The notes under the pieces are model-generated. The model worked only from the letters and a program-made list of their open reading frames with translations. It made no database searches and was not told where the DNA came from. Below, piece after piece: positions 39,921 through 49,856 of a stretch of DNA of 64,000 nt. This DNA comes from Gemmatimonadota bacterium (GTDB taxonomy: Bacteria > Gemmatimonadota > Gemmatimonadetes > Gemmatimonadales > GWC2-71-9), in NCBI GenBank assembly GCA_016713785.1, contig JADJOM010000003.1, forward strand, positions 13,497-77,496, read 5' to 3'. Both the position numbers and the translations under genes were made by a program. Position 1 is the first letter of the stretch. Every line of letters begins with the position of its first letter.

Positions 39921-41155
39921 ATCCCAGCCGCGCCCTGCCGGGGGAGTTCAAGCAGCTGTCGGTGCTGATCGGCGTGAACCTGGTGGACATGATCGGCCTG
40001 ATGCTGGTGCTGCCGATCCTCCCCTTCTTCGCGAGCGACCTCGGCGCCACCCCCGAGCGCATCGGGTGGCTCATCGCCGCGTTCTCGATCGCGCAGCTCA
40101 TCGCCGCGCCGTTCTGGGGCCGGCTCTCCGACCGCTACGGCCGCCGGCCCGCGCTGGTCATCGGGCTGCTGGCGAGCGCCATCGCGTACGTGGTGTTCGC
40201 CTACTCCACCAGCATCTGGATGCTCTTCCTCTCGCGGCTGGTGCAGGGCGCCGGCGGCGGCACCACCGGCGTGGCCCAGGCTTACGTCGCCGACACCGTG
40301 AAGCCCCGGGACCGCGCCAAGGCGCTGGGCTGGCTCTCCGCCTCGACCAACGTGGGGGTGACGCTCGGGCCGGTGATCGGCGGCCTGGCCACCCACCTCG
40401 ACCGCTCGGCGCCGGGGCTCATCGCCGCCGCGCTCTGCCTGGTGAACGCCTGGTTCGCCTGGCGCTGGCTCCCCGAGACCCGGCCCACCGCCGAGCGGCT
40501 GGCCAACCTCAGCAAGAAGCCGGTGTGGCACGCGGCGTGGGTGGTGTTGCGGCATCCCACCCGCACGGTGCCGCGCTTCGTGTGGATCTACGGCATCGGC
40601 ATGCTCGCCTTCTCGGCGCTCACCTCGCTGATCGCGCTCTTCCTCAAGGAGGAGCACGGCATCACCGAGGTGACGATCGGGTACTTCTTCACCTACATCG
40701 GCGTGCTCAACATCGTCATGCGGCTGGTGCTGCTCGGGCCGGTGGTGGAGCGGGTGGGCGAGACCCGCGCCATGCGCTTCGGCGCGGCGTTCCTCATCGC
40801 GGGGATGCTGGCCTACCCGGTGGCGGGCAACCTCTGGGTGCTGGTGGCGCTGATGCCGCTGGTGCCGGTGGGTACCGCGCTGCTCTTCCCGGCCACCACC
40901 TCGCTCATGTCCCGCTACTCCGACAAGGCGGAGGTGGGCACCACCATGGGCGTGGCGCAGACCTACGCCGGGCTGGCACGGGTGGCGGCGCCGATCGTGG
41001 GGACGATCGTCTTCCAGCGGATCGGGCACCAGTGGCCGTTCATCGTGGCGGCCATCATGATGGCGCTGGTGAGCGTGCTGGCGTTCCAGGTGGAACAACT
41101 CCCCTCGCCTCCCACCGGCGAGACCCCCGTCCCCGCGGCCCGGGAGGCCAAGTGA
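39917..41155 (+). CDS. MFS transporter (drug/H+ antiporter-like)
   Basis: GTGA overlap upstream. MFS motif A-like GRLSDRYGRRPAL. 12 predicted helices. Confidence 0.8.
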   Translation: MNPSRALPGEFKQLSVLIGVNLVDMIGLMLVLPILPFFASDLGATPERIGWLIAAFSIAQLIAAPFWGRLSDRYGRRPALVIGLLASAIAYVVFAYSTSIWMLFLSRLVQGAGGGTTGVAQAYVADTVKPRDRAKALGWLSASTNVGVTLGPVIGGLATHLDRSAPGLIAAALCLVNAWFAWRWLPETRPTAERLANLSKKPVWHAAWVVLRHPTRTVPRFVWIYGIGMLAFSALTSLIALFLKEEHGITEVTIGYFFTYIGVLNIVMRLVLLGPVVERVGETRAMRFGAAFLIAGMLAYPVAGNLWVLVALMPLVPVGTALLFPATTSLMSRYSDKAEVGTTMGVAQTYAGLARVAAPIVGTIVFQRIGHQWPFIVAAIMMALVSVLAFQVEQLPSPPTGETPVPAAREAK

Positions 41156-43038
41156 GCGACGACGATCGGCTGGCGCGGCTGGAACAGCGCCTGGCGGTGC
41201 TGGAGGGGCTGGTGCGGCAGCTGGTGACCGCCAACCAGGGCGTGCGGCCGGTGCCGTCGCCCCCGCCCGTGCCGCCGCCGGCTCCGCCGCTCCCGCCACC
41301 TCCGCCGCCGATCCGTCCCTTCGAGGAGGCGCCGAGCCGCCGCCCCCCCGCACCGTCCCGTCCCCGCCCGTCCATCATCTCCGAGGAGTGGCTCGGCCAG
41401 CGCGGCCTGCTCGCCGTGGGCGTCATCTTCGTGATCCTCGCCGCGGGATACCTGCTCAAGCTCTCCTTCGAGCGCGGCTGGATCTCGCCGCTGGCCCGCT
41501 GCGTGGGCGGGGCCCTCGCCGGCGGGGCGGTGAGTGTCCTCGGCTGGCGGCTGCACGGCAAGGGCACCCGCAGCTACGGCGCCGCGCTGATCGGGCTCGG
41601 GGCCGCGATCATCTACCTGGCGGTGTGGGCCGCGGCGCGGCTGTACCAGTTCCTGCCCCCCACGCCGGCGATCGGCGCGCTCGCGGCGGTGTCGCTGGCG
41701 CTCGCCGGCATCGCGTGGGTCATCAACCTCCAGGCGCTGGCCACCACCGCGGCGCTCGGGGCCTTCTTCGCGCCGATCGTGGTGGGCTCCGAATCGGGCA
41801 GCATCAACATGCTGCTGCTCTACCTGGGCAGCATGGGCGCCGCGCTCGGCTGGGTGGCCCAGGCGCGCCGCTGGCGCCTCACCATGGCCGTGGTGGCGCT
41901 GGCGTACTTCACGGTGGCGGTGCCGGTGACCTTCAACCGCGCCGATGCCGCCGGGGTGTACCTCTACGGGATCCTCGGCGGGGCGGCGGGGCTCTTCGTG
42001 GGCCTGCGCGAGGGGTGGTTCGAGACCCGCTTCCTGGCCTTCAGCGGCGGCTGGGCGCTGCTCGGCATCGCCGACCACCGGGCCACCGACCACTGGCCCA
42101 CGTTGCTCGGCGCGCTGGTGCTGACCGCGCCGGTCTGGGGGCGCGCTCTCCGCGCCCGCACGGTGTGGCCCGACCCCGGCGCCTTCGGCGACACCTTCTA
42201 CTTCTACCTCTCACCGCTGCTGGTGGCCGGCGCGCTGCACCAGGTGGCGCCGGAGTGGCTCGACGCCACGCCGGGGCTGCTGCCGCTGCTGATCGCCCTG
42301 CCGTACCTGGTGGTGGGACTCGTCCCCGGCGTGCGGTGCTTCAGCACCGTGGCGGCGGTGGCGCTGGGCATCGCGGCCCTGGTCCGGTGGGAGGACCAAC
42401 TGCCCGAGGCCTGGGCCCTCCTGGCCCTCACCCTGCTGTGGGCGGGGCTCGATCGCGTCCGCGACCGCCGCGATGGCCGCTGGTACGCGCTGGCCAGCTA
42501 CGGGGTGGCGCTCGGTGTATTGCTGGGACCGCTGTCGACGGCACGGCCGGAGACGGAGGCGGCGTTCATCGGCGGGTGGGCGGTGGCGCTGTGGAGCGCG
42601 GTGCTCACGGCGGCCGCCCTCGCCGCCGGCCTGCTCCGGGAAACGACGCCGCCGGAGGGCTGGGGGCGGGGGCTCTCCCTCCGGCCCTGGCTCTGGGGGG
42701 TGGCGGGGGTGCTGCTGCTCTTCGGTGTCACCGGGGAGCTCACCCGGGCCTTCGACTTGAGCAGCCTCGACACCGCCACCGCCAACCTCGCCGGCGGCCT
42801 CGCGGTGAGCGCCTGGTGGATCCTCGGCGCGGCGATCTGCTTCCTGCTCGGCTTCCGGCGCCAGATCAAGCCGCTGCGGCTGGCGGGGTTCTTCGTGGCC
42901 GGCCTGGCGCTGCTCAAGGTGGTCTTCGTGGACCTCTCCGAGCTCGATGCCCTCTACCGGGTGGGCTCGGCGTTCATCCTGGGCGTGGCCTCGCTCGGCG
43001 TGGCGTACGCCTACCACCGGGGGGCGGAGAGGCGATAG
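41152..43038 (+). CDS. DUF2339-like polytopic membrane protein with N-terminal coiled coil and Pro-rich linker
   Basis: GTGA overlap upstream. RLARLEQRLAVLEGLVRQL, then a PPPVPPPAPPLPPPPPP linker, then more than 15 hydrophobic helices. Confidence 0.6.
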   Translation: MSDDDRLARLEQRLAVLEGLVRQLVTANQGVRPVPSPPPVPPPAPPLPPPPPPIRPFEEAPSRRPPAPSRPRPSIISEEWLGQRGLLAVGVIFVILAAGYLLKLSFERGWISPLARCVGGALAGGAVSVLGWRLHGKGTRSYGAALIGLGAAIIYLAVWAAARLYQFLPPTPAIGALAAVSLALAGIAWVINLQALATTAALGAFFAPIVVGSESGSINMLLLYLGSMGAALGWVAQARRWRLTMAVVALAYFTVAVPVTFNRADAAGVYLYGILGGAAGLFVGLREGWFETRFLAFSGGWALLGIADHRATDHWPTLLGALVLTAPVWGRALRARTVWPDPGAFGDTFYFYLSPLLVAGALHQVAPEWLDATPGLLPLLIALPYLVVGLVPGVRCFSTVAAVALGIAALVRWEDQLPEAWALLALTLLWAGLDRVRDRRDGRWYALASYGVALGVLLGPLSTARPETEAAFIGGWAVALWSAVLTAAALAAGLLRETTPPEGWGRGLSLRPWLWGVAGVLLLFGVTGELTRAFDLSSLDTATANLAGGLAVSAWWILGAAICFLLGFRRQIKPLRLAGFFVAGLALLKVVFVDLSELDALYRVGSAFILGVASLGVAYAYHRGAERR

Positions 43039-43142
43039 GGCGGTAAGGCGGTAGGGCGGTAAGGCGGTAAGGCGGTAAGGCGGTAAGGCGGTAAGGCGGT
43101 AAGGCGGTAAGGCGGTAAGGCGGTAAGGCGGTAGGGCGGCGG
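43031..43142. repeat. 8-nt tandem repeat (GGCGGTAA/GGCGGTAG) x14, starting at the stop codon of the upstream gene
   Basis: Direct reading of 43031-43142. The reverse-complement unit (CCCTACCG/CCTTACCG) recurs at 48967-49006, 56686-56725 and 62926-62945. Confidence 0.95.
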
Positions 43143-43208
43143 CGGGTGCGCTGCGCGGCGGGCCGGGCGATCCTGTGCGGCCACCCGCTTCCCGTTTCCC
43201 GTTTCCCA

Positions 43209-44381
43209 CTAGAACTCAAACCCCGCCGCGACATTCACGTGCGTGGCCTTGAGCTCGCCCACGCCGGCGCCGTACGTCGTGCGGGCCTGCCGCACCTCGA
43301 CGCCGAAGACCAGGGGGCTGGGCCGCCAGTGCAGGTGCCCGCCGAACGTCACGTTCTTGAGCCGCTGCACGGTGGTGTCGAGGTCGGCGTCCTTCGGGTC
43401 GTCGATCCCCGCGCTGGCGCCGAGGAGCCAGACGGCGCCGTTGGGCCGGAGGTTGAGCTGAGCCCAGCCGCCGCGGGTGCGGATGGTGCGTCCGTTGCGC
43501 CCGAACACCTGCCCGATCGACCCGCCGCCGAGCCCGGCGATCCCCTCGCCCGCGAAGGCCTCGCCCCGCAGCTCCACGTGGCTGCCCAGGGGCAGCAGCA
43601 GCAGGGCCGCGACGGCCTTGGAGTCGAGCAGCGAATCCCCGGCGGTGCTGAGCCAGCCGCGGTGGGCGCCGGCGGAGAGCTCGCCCGCGGTCTCGCCGGT
43701 GCCCCAGCGCAGCCGGAGCCGGCCCTGCAGGTAGGGGCGGCGCGACTGCTCGGCGCGGTCGAAGTCCGTGGTGAAGGGCGGCTGCGGCGTGTAGCCGGTC
43801 GGGGCCAGCACCGCGCCCTCGAGCGAGAGCCGGACCTGCTTCCCCTGCGCGAGGTCCCCGGTCAGGCGCAGCTGCGGGATCCACAGCCAGAGGTTCCCGC
43901 TGCTGGAGAGCGCGCTCAGCCCGATGCTGGAGAGCGTCACCGGGTTGAGTTCCACGATCGGCGGCGCCTCCTGGCCGATCAGGACCGCGAAGCGGTTCCA
44001 CGAACCTTCGAGCCAGGCCCGCCGGATCCGCAGCAGGGGAAAGGTGCGCCCGCCGTTGGAGGGCTGCTGTCCGCCGAAGAAGTCGGCGTCGAGTTCCGCC
44101 CGCCATTCGGCGCCGCCGAGCTCGGGCAGGAAGGCTCGCACCGACACCCGGGTCTGCCGCAGGGTGCCGCCGACGCCGCTGGTGGGGAAGCTGTCGGCCG
44201 CCGTTTCCGGGACGGCGAACTGGGGCAGGTCGGTGTTGTTGGTCCGGCCCGAGGTGGAGAAGCCGTTGAGCAGGATGGTGCCGTGGAAACTCACGTCCAC
44301 CCCGGGTCGGTCCTGCTGGGCGACGGCGGTGATGGGGAGCAGGAGCGCGAGGGTGGCGCCGAGGGAGGGGAGGAGTCGCAT
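43209..44381 (-). CDS. outer-membrane beta-barrel porin-like protein
   Basis: Signal peptide MRLLPSLGATLALLLPITAVAQQ, alternating beta-strand pattern, C-terminal ...NVAAGFEF (terminal Phe). Confidence 0.7.
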   Translation of the reverse strand: MRLLPSLGATLALLLPITAVAQQDRPGVDVSFHGTILLNGFSTSGRTNNTDLPQFAVPETAADSFPTSGVGGTLRQTRVSVRAFLPELGGAEWRAELDADFFGGQQPSNGGRTFPLLRIRRAWLEGSWNRFAVLIGQEAPPIVELNPVTLSSIGLSALSSSGNLWLWIPQLRLTGDLAQGKQVRLSLEGAVLAPTGYTPQPPFTTDFDRAEQSRRPYLQGRLRLRWGTGETAGELSAGAHRGWLSTAGDSLLDSKAVAALLLLPLGSHVELRGEAFAGEGIAGLGGGSIGQVFGRNGRTIRTRGGWAQLNLRPNGAVWLLGASAGIDDPKDADLDTTVQRLKNVTFGGHLHWRPSPLVFGVEVRQARTTYGAGVGELKATHVNVAAGFEF

Positions 44382-44432
44382 GCGGCCGGTCCATGGTTGA
44401 CGGTGTCAGGGCGCGTGGGCTATGCTACCGCC

Positions 44433-45107
44433 GTGCGCACCCCCTCTCTGTTCCGCGCCGCGAGCCTGATCGGATGCATCGCCGCCGCCCCCCTTGGCGC
44501 CCAGGTGGATGTGGCCGGGCGCCTGACGGTCGTGGACCGTGGGGAGCGGCCCGCCCAGGACGTGGGCAGCGCCGTGCTCTGGCTCGAGGCGGCGGGGCTG
44601 CCGGCGGTGGAGCCGGTCGAGACCCGCGTGGTGACGGAGGGGAAGGCCTTCGTTCCCCGGATCGTCGTGGTGCCGGTGGGATCCACCGTGAAGTTCCCCA
44701 ACAACGACCCCTTCAACCATAACGTGTTCTCCCTCACGGAGCAGGGGGCCTTTGACCTGGGCCTCTACGGCCGTGGCGAGGAGAAGGGGGTCGCGTTCGC
44801 CCGCCCGGCCGTCATCCGGGTGTACTGCAACGTGCACGCGCAGATGAGCGCGCTGGTGGTGGTCCGGGACAACGCCCTGTGGGCCCGGCCGGGGTCCGAC
44901 GGCAGCTTCCGGTTCACGGCGGTGCCGGCCGGCAGCTACCAGCTGCACGTGTGGCACGAGCGCGCGCCCGAACTGGTGGTGCCGCTGCGGGTGGGCGCCA
45001 CCGCGCCCGCGCCGCTGGCGCTCACGGTCGACGCCAGCCGCTGGCGGTTCGTGCAGCACAAGGACAAGACCGGCCGGCCCTACTCCGACCGCGGCCGGCG
45101 CTACTGA
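44433..45107 (+). CDS. periplasmic cupredoxin-like plus carboxypeptidase-regulatory-like domain protein
   Basis: Signal-like N-terminus. VGSTVKFPNNDPFNHNVFS...YCNVHAQMSALVVV (cupredoxin-like His/Cys/His/Met pattern). Then GSFRFTAVPAGSYQLHVWHE. The start may instead be GTG 44415. Confidence 0.6.
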   Translation: MRTPSLFRAASLIGCIAAAPLGAQVDVAGRLTVVDRGERPAQDVGSAVLWLEAAGLPAVEPVETRVVTEGKAFVPRIVVVPVGSTVKFPNNDPFNHNVFSLTEQGAFDLGLYGRGEEKGVAFARPAVIRVYCNVHAQMSALVVVRDNALWARPGSDGSFRFTAVPAGSYQLHVWHERAPELVVPLRVGATAPAPLALTVDASRWRFVQHKDKTGRPYSDRGRRY

Positions 45108-47089
45108 TGCCGCGCCCCCGCCTCGCCCTCAAGATCTTCACCGCCACCGCCCTCGTGGTGGTCCTGGTGCTCGGGGTCGCGCTGCTCTTCACCCGGCAGG
45201 TGGCCGGGCGGGCGGCCGATGCCTCGATCGCCCGGGGGCTCGCCGCCACCGCTTCGGCCGTGAGCGACCAGCTGGCGAGCCGGTCGCACGCCCGGGAGCA
45301 GGTGGCCAGCGCGCTGGCGCAGGTGCCCGCCTACGTCTCCCGCATCGAGGTGGGGTTCGTCTCCGGCGGACGCTCCGACCTCCTCGACCAGGCGGCGGAG
45401 TTCCAGCAGCAGGGTGAGGCCGACTGGGCCATGCTCACCGATGACCAGGGGGTGCTGCAGGCCTTCACCCGAAGCCCCGACCTGTACGGCGATTCGCTCG
45501 CCGGTCCGGGCAGCCTGGTGGAGCAGGCGCTCTCCGGCGCCGCCTCCGAAGGCGTCTGGCTGGAGCCGGACAACTCCGCGTACCAGGCGGTGGCGGCGCC
45601 GATCCGGGTGGGCCAGGGCCCGGTGCGCGGGACGCTGGTGATGGCGGTCGGGCTCGACAGCGCCCTCGCCGCGAGGCTCAAGCGCCAGACCGCGTCCGAG
45701 ATCGTCTTCGTGGTGCTCGACACCCTGGACCAGCCGGTCGTGGCGGCGAGCACCCTGCCGCCCGAGCTGGCCGGCGCGGTCGCGGAGCAGGTCACCTTCG
45801 ACCGGCTCTCCGCCGAGGACTCCACCGCCCACCACCTGCGCCTTGACGCCGGCGGCGACACGTGGGTTGGCGAGCTGGGCGTGCTGCGCACCGCCTCCGG
45901 CGCGCCGGTGGGGGGCTACGCGGCGCTGCGATCCCGTGCCGCGGAACTCGCCCCCTACGCCCAGCTGCAGCGCGCCATCCTGGCGGCCTTCCTCGGCGGC
46001 CTGCTGTTCGCCTCCCTCGGCGCGTTCCTGCTCTCGCGCCAGATCGCCCGCCCGGTGCGCGAGCTCGTGGCCGTCACCCGCGAGGTGGGCGAAGGCAATT
46101 ACGACGCCGCGATCCCCGCTTCCAGCGGCGACGAAATCGGGGAGCTGGCCGACGCCTTCCGCCGGATGGTCCAGGAGCTCCGCTCCAAGCAGCAGCTGGT
46201 GGACTTCCTGAGCGCCACCGGGGCCCACACGGTGGCCCTGCGGCCGAGCATGGCGGTGAGCGCCAGCGGGCCGGTCCCGGGGGAGGTCTTCGCCGGGCGG
46301 TACGAGATCAAGAGCCTCCTCGGCCAGGGTGGGATGGGCGTGGTGTACCGCGCCGTGGACCGGCAGCTGGAGGAGCAGGTGGCGGTCAAGCTGCTCCACG
46401 CCGACCTGGTCCGGCGCGACGCCTCCATGCTGGAGCGGTTCAAGCAGGAGATCCGGCTGGCACGGCGGATCACCCATCCCAACGTGGTCCGCACCCACGA
46501 TCTCGGCGAGGTGGACGGGACGTACTTCATCACCATGGAGTACGTCGAGGGCACCAGTCTCGACGAGCTCATCCGTCGGCGGAACCGCCTGCCGGTGGGG
46601 GTGACCGTCACGGTGGGCCGCCAGCTGCTGCGCGCGCTCGAGGCGGCCCACGCCCAGGGCGTGGTGCACCGGGACATCAAGCCCCAGAACATGCTGGTCG
46701 ACGCCCAGGGCTTCCTCAAGGTGATGGACTTCGGCATCGCGCGGCTCGCCGACTCGGGGAAGGGCCTCACCATGGATGGCGCGGTGGTCGGGACCCCGGA
46801 CTACATGGCCCCGGAACAGCTGATGGGCCGCGAGGTGGACGGTCGCACCGACATCTACGCCGCCGGGGCCGTTCTGTACCAGTGCCTGACCGGGGAGCAC
46901 CTTTTCCCGGCGAACTCGCTGCCCACGCTCATCCTCAAGCAGGTCGAGGAGCCGCCCCCCGACCCGCGGAAGCTGGCGCCGGACGTCCCCGCGCCGCTGG
47001 CGGCCGCGATCCTCCGGGCGCTGGCCAAGGACCCGGCGGATCGGTTCCCCACGGCCCACGCCTTCGCGGAAGCCTTGGAGAGGGTCTAG
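45107..47089 (+). CDS. membrane sensor Ser/Thr protein kinase with periplasmic domain and HAMP domain
   Basis: TM1 IFTATALVVVLVLGVALLF, a ~300-aa extracytoplasmic region, TM2, HAMP (RPVRELVAVTREVGEGNYDAAIP...DEIGELADAFRRMVQEL), then kinase motifs GQGGMGVVY, VAVKLL, HRDIKPQN, DFG, APE. Confidence 0.85.
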   Translation: MPRPRLALKIFTATALVVVLVLGVALLFTRQVAGRAADASIARGLAATASAVSDQLASRSHAREQVASALAQVPAYVSRIEVGFVSGGRSDLLDQAAEFQQQGEADWAMLTDDQGVLQAFTRSPDLYGDSLAGPGSLVEQALSGAASEGVWLEPDNSAYQAVAAPIRVGQGPVRGTLVMAVGLDSALAARLKRQTASEIVFVVLDTLDQPVVAASTLPPELAGAVAEQVTFDRLSAEDSTAHHLRLDAGGDTWVGELGVLRTASGAPVGGYAALRSRAAELAPYAQLQRAILAAFLGGLLFASLGAFLLSRQIARPVRELVAVTREVGEGNYDAAIPASSGDEIGELADAFRRMVQELRSKQQLVDFLSATGAHTVALRPSMAVSASGPVPGEVFAGRYEIKSLLGQGGMGVVYRAVDRQLEEQVAVKLLHADLVRRDASMLERFKQEIRLARRITHPNVVRTHDLGEVDGTYFITMEYVEGTSLDELIRRRNRLPVGVTVTVGRQLLRALEAAHAQGVVHRDIKPQNMLVDAQGFLKVMDFGIARLADSGKGLTMDGAVVGTPDYMAPEQLMGREVDGRTDIYAAGAVLYQCLTGEHLFPANSLPTLILKQVEEPPPDPRKLAPDVPAPLAAAILRALAKDPADRFPTAHAFAEALERV

Positions 47090-47109
47090 GCCGGGCCCCA
47101 CGCGGCAGC

Positions 47110-47194
47110 CGCTTCCCGTTGCCCATTTCCCGCCCCCTTTTCCCGCTTCCCTATTCCCGCTTCCCGTTTCCCTTCCCCCTTCCCCCTTCCCCCC
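47110..47194. repeat. degenerate heptamer array (CTTCCCG-like), C-rich on plus strand
   Basis: GCTTCCCGTTGCCCATTTCCCGCCCCCTTTTCCCGCTTCCCTATTCCCGCTTCCCGTTTCCCTTCCCCCTTCCCCCTTCCCC. Confidence 0.85.
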
Positions 47195-47216
47195 GGGGTG
47201 GGTAGCCTCCTTCCCC

Positions 47217-48917
47217 ATGCCTCCCGCCCCTATCGCAACGCTGACCCCAGCGGCCCTCGCCACGGCTACCTGGGACGATCTCCGGCCCCTGTACCAGGAG
47301 CTGCTCGACCGCCCGCTCGCCGAGGGGGAGCTCCCCGGCTGGCTGGCCGACTGGTCGCGGCTGGAGGAGGTCGTGGGCGAGGCGGCGGCGCTGGCGATGA
47401 TTGCCTACACCTGCGACACCAGCGATCCAGGCAAGGAGGCCGCTCACCTCCGGTTCTCGGGGGAGATCCTCCCCCGCCTGGAGGAGCTCGAGGTGCTCCT
47501 GGCCCGCCGGCTGCTCGAGACCGGCTACACCCAACCGGGGCTTGGCGTCACGCTGCAGCGCTTCCGCACCGGGGCGGAGCTGTTCCGCGAGGAGAACGTG
47601 CCCCTCGCCACCGAGGTGGAGGAGCTCTCCGCCCGCTACCAGAAGCTCACCGGCGGGCTCACGGTCGAGTGGGACGGGGTGGAGAAGACCCTCCCCGAAC
47701 TGCAGCCCTACCTGCAGGTGACCGACCGGGCGGTCCGGGAGCGGGCCTTCCGGCTCGGCTCCGGCGCCTACGCCGAGCGGCGCGACGAGCTGGCGGGGAT
47801 CTTTGACGAGCTGTTCGACCTGCGCTCCCGCATGGCCCGCAACGCCGGCTTCGCCGACTACGAGCGCTACGCCTTCACCTCCAAGTGCCGCTTCGACTAC
47901 ACCCCGGCCGACTGCCGCCGCTTCCACGAGGCGGTGGAGGAGGTCGTGGCCCCGGCGGTGGCGCGGGTGATGGAGCGGCGCCGCCAGCGGCTCGGCGTGA
48001 CCGAGCTCCGGCCCTGGGACATCGGCCCCGACCCGGAAGGCCGGGAGCCGCTGCGGCCCTTCCGGCAGCCGGACGAGCTGGTGCAGGGGGGGCGGCGGGT
48101 GTTCGACCGGGTCTCCCCCGCCTTCGCCGGGCAGTACCAGACCATGATCGACGAGCGGCTGCTCGACCTCGGCGTGCGCAAGGGCAAGGCGCCCGGGGGC
48201 TACTGCGAGACGCTGCACTACCGGGGGCGTCCCTTCATCTTTATGAACGCCGTCGGCGTCTTCGACGACGTCTCCACCCTGCTGCATGAGGCGGGGCACG
48301 CGTTCCACGCCTTCGAGGCGCATCCCCTCCCGTTGGTGTGGGAGCGGCACCCCGGCCTCGAGATGTGCGAGCTGGCCTCGATGTCCATGGAGCTGCTCGC
48401 CGCGCCCTACCTGGGCCGTCGCGACGGCGGGTTCTTCTCCGAGGAAGAGCTGGTGCGGGCGCGGGTGGAGCACCTCGAGGACGTGCTGGTGACCCTGTCG
48501 CACGTGGCCTCGGTCGATGCCTTCCAGAGCTGGATCTACTCCAGTGGCGAGGGGCGTGACGGCCTGGCCCGCGACCGCGCCTGGCTGCGCATCCGCGGCC
48601 GGTTCGAGCGGGGCATCGACTGGAGCGGGCTCGAGCGGGAGCGGGTGTCCCGCTGGTACCGGCAGCTGCACATCTTCCTGTATCCGTTCTACTACATCGA
48701 GTACGGCATCGCGCAGGTGGGCGCCCTCCAGGTCTGGCGCAACAGCCTGCGCGACCAGCCCGACGCGGTGGCCCGCTACCGCGCGGCGCTGGCCCTCGGC
48801 AACACCCGCTCGCTGCCCGAGCTCTACCGCGCCGCCGGGGTGGAGCTGAGCTTCGATGCCGGGGTGATGCGGGAGCTGGTGGAGCTGGTGGAGGGGGAGC
48901 TGGAGAAGCTGCGGTAG
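47217..48917 (+). CDS. pepF: M3B oligoendopeptidase F family metallopeptidase
   Basis: The HEAGHAFH zinc motif, overall length and C-terminal ...YYIEYGIAQ... are typical of PepF-type M3 peptidases. Confidence 0.8.
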   Translation: MPPAPIATLTPAALATATWDDLRPLYQELLDRPLAEGELPGWLADWSRLEEVVGEAAALAMIAYTCDTSDPGKEAAHLRFSGEILPRLEELEVLLARRLLETGYTQPGLGVTLQRFRTGAELFREENVPLATEVEELSARYQKLTGGLTVEWDGVEKTLPELQPYLQVTDRAVRERAFRLGSGAYAERRDELAGIFDELFDLRSRMARNAGFADYERYAFTSKCRFDYTPADCRRFHEAVEEVVAPAVARVMERRRQRLGVTELRPWDIGPDPEGREPLRPFRQPDELVQGGRRVFDRVSPAFAGQYQTMIDERLLDLGVRKGKAPGGYCETLHYRGRPFIFMNAVGVFDDVSTLLHEAGHAFHAFEAHPLPLVWERHPGLEMCELASMSMELLAAPYLGRRDGGFFSEEELVRARVEHLEDVLVTLSHVASVDAFQSWIYSSGEGRDGLARDRAWLRIRGRFERGIDWSGLERERVSRWYRQLHIFLYPFYYIEYGIAQVGALQVWRNSLRDQPDAVARYRAALALGNTRSLPELYRAAGVELSFDAGVMRELVELVEGELEKLR

Positions 48918-49094
48918 GAATTGCGGGAAGCGGGAAGCGGGGAAGGGGGAAGGGGACAGGGGGAGTCCGCCCTACCGCCCTACCGCCCTACCGCCTTACC
49001 GCCGCCTCCATTGCGCCCCCGGCCCCGCCGGGCAAGATTCTACCCCGCGCCGGAGCCCCCTGTCGGCCCGGCCTACCCCTGTCGGAGAGCGTGA

Positions 49095-49313
49095 ATGGCG
49101 AAGGAAGAAGGCATCGAGATGGAAGGCGTGGTCCAGGAAGTCCTCCCGGATCGCAATTACCGGGTCCTCCTGGAGAACGGCCACACGATCCTCGCCTACG
49201 CGGCCGGCAAGATGAGCAAGTTCAAGATCCGCGTCCTGGAAGGGGACCGGGTCACGGTGGTCCTCTCCCCGTACGACCTGACCCGCGGCCGGGTCATCTA
49301 CCGCCACAAGTAG
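49095..49313 (+). CDS. infA: translation initiation factor IF-1
   Basis: 72 aa: [72 protein letters not shown]. Confidence 0.95.
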   Translation: MAKEEGIEMEGVVQEVLPDRNYRVLLENGHTILAYAAGKMSKFKIRVLEGDRVTVVLSPYDLTRGRVIYRHK

Positions 49314-49360
49314 CCGGCCCCGGAGGGTGCGGGACCGCGGGGTGAAGCAGGAACGCAAAC

Positions 49361-49386
49361 GGGGGCCGGTCTTTCGACCGGCCCCC
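49361..49386. terminator. bidirectional GC-rich hairpin between convergent infA and csp
   Basis: GGGGGCCGGTC-tttc-GACCGGCCCCC, an 11-bp perfect stem. Confidence 0.6.
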
Positions 49387-49405
49387 GTCTGGTACGCCCG
49401 TAGGC

Positions 49406-49618
49406 TTACTTGACCTTGGTGACGTTTTCCGCCGCGGGACCCTTGGCGCCCTCGACGATGTCGAACTCAACCCGCTCACCTTCCGAGAGGCTGCGGAAGC
49501 CATCAGCCTTGATGGCAGTGTGGTGGACGAAGCAGTCCTTGGAGCCGTTTTCGGGCGTGATGAAACCATAACCCTTGGCGTCGTTGAACCACTTCACCGT
49601 GCCAGTGACGCGAGGCAT
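49406..49618 (-). CDS. cspA: cold-shock protein (CspA family)
   Basis: 70 aa: [70 protein letters not shown], with RNP1 KGYGFI and RNP2 VFVHH-like motifs. GGAG lies 9 nt upstream of the ATG. Confidence 0.95.
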   Translation of the reverse strand: MPRVTGTVKWFNDAKGYGFITPENGSKDCFVHHTAIKADGFRSLSEGERVEFDIVEGAKGPAAENVTKVK

Positions 49619-49725
49619 GCTACTGTACTCCGTTCGGAAGGGGACATCGTCGGGGTCCGGAAGGTCCGGAAGCCACCGACAGGGACACTGGGCAGGGACT
49701 TTCCCGGCCCAATACTGCTGGAAGT

Positions 49726-49856
49726 AAAAAAGACCCGAGCGTGGAAGCCCGGGTCTCGCAAGTTTCCTGTAGGGAGGACCTGCTCGATTGTACCCGGCCA
49801 AGCCATCTGGCCAATTCCAGCCGCACCTAATATCTGAGTTTCTGTAATTCCGTCAA
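49726..49856 (-). promoter_or_regulatory. sigma70-like promoter (TTGACG-17-TATTAG) followed by an intrinsic terminator inside the csp leader
   Basis: On the minus strand: -35 at 49851-49856 and -10 at 49828-49833. Hairpin GACCCGGGC-ttccac-GCTCGGGTC (49732-49755) is followed by TTTTTT (49726-49731), ~108 nt upstream of the csp ATG. Confidence 0.5.

Noticed and set aside
39767-41353. 528-aa minus-strand ORF over the MFS transporter
   Set aside because: It is antisense to a gene with 12 hydrophobic helices and MFS motif A. Its translation is Arg/Gly/His/Pro-rich noise.
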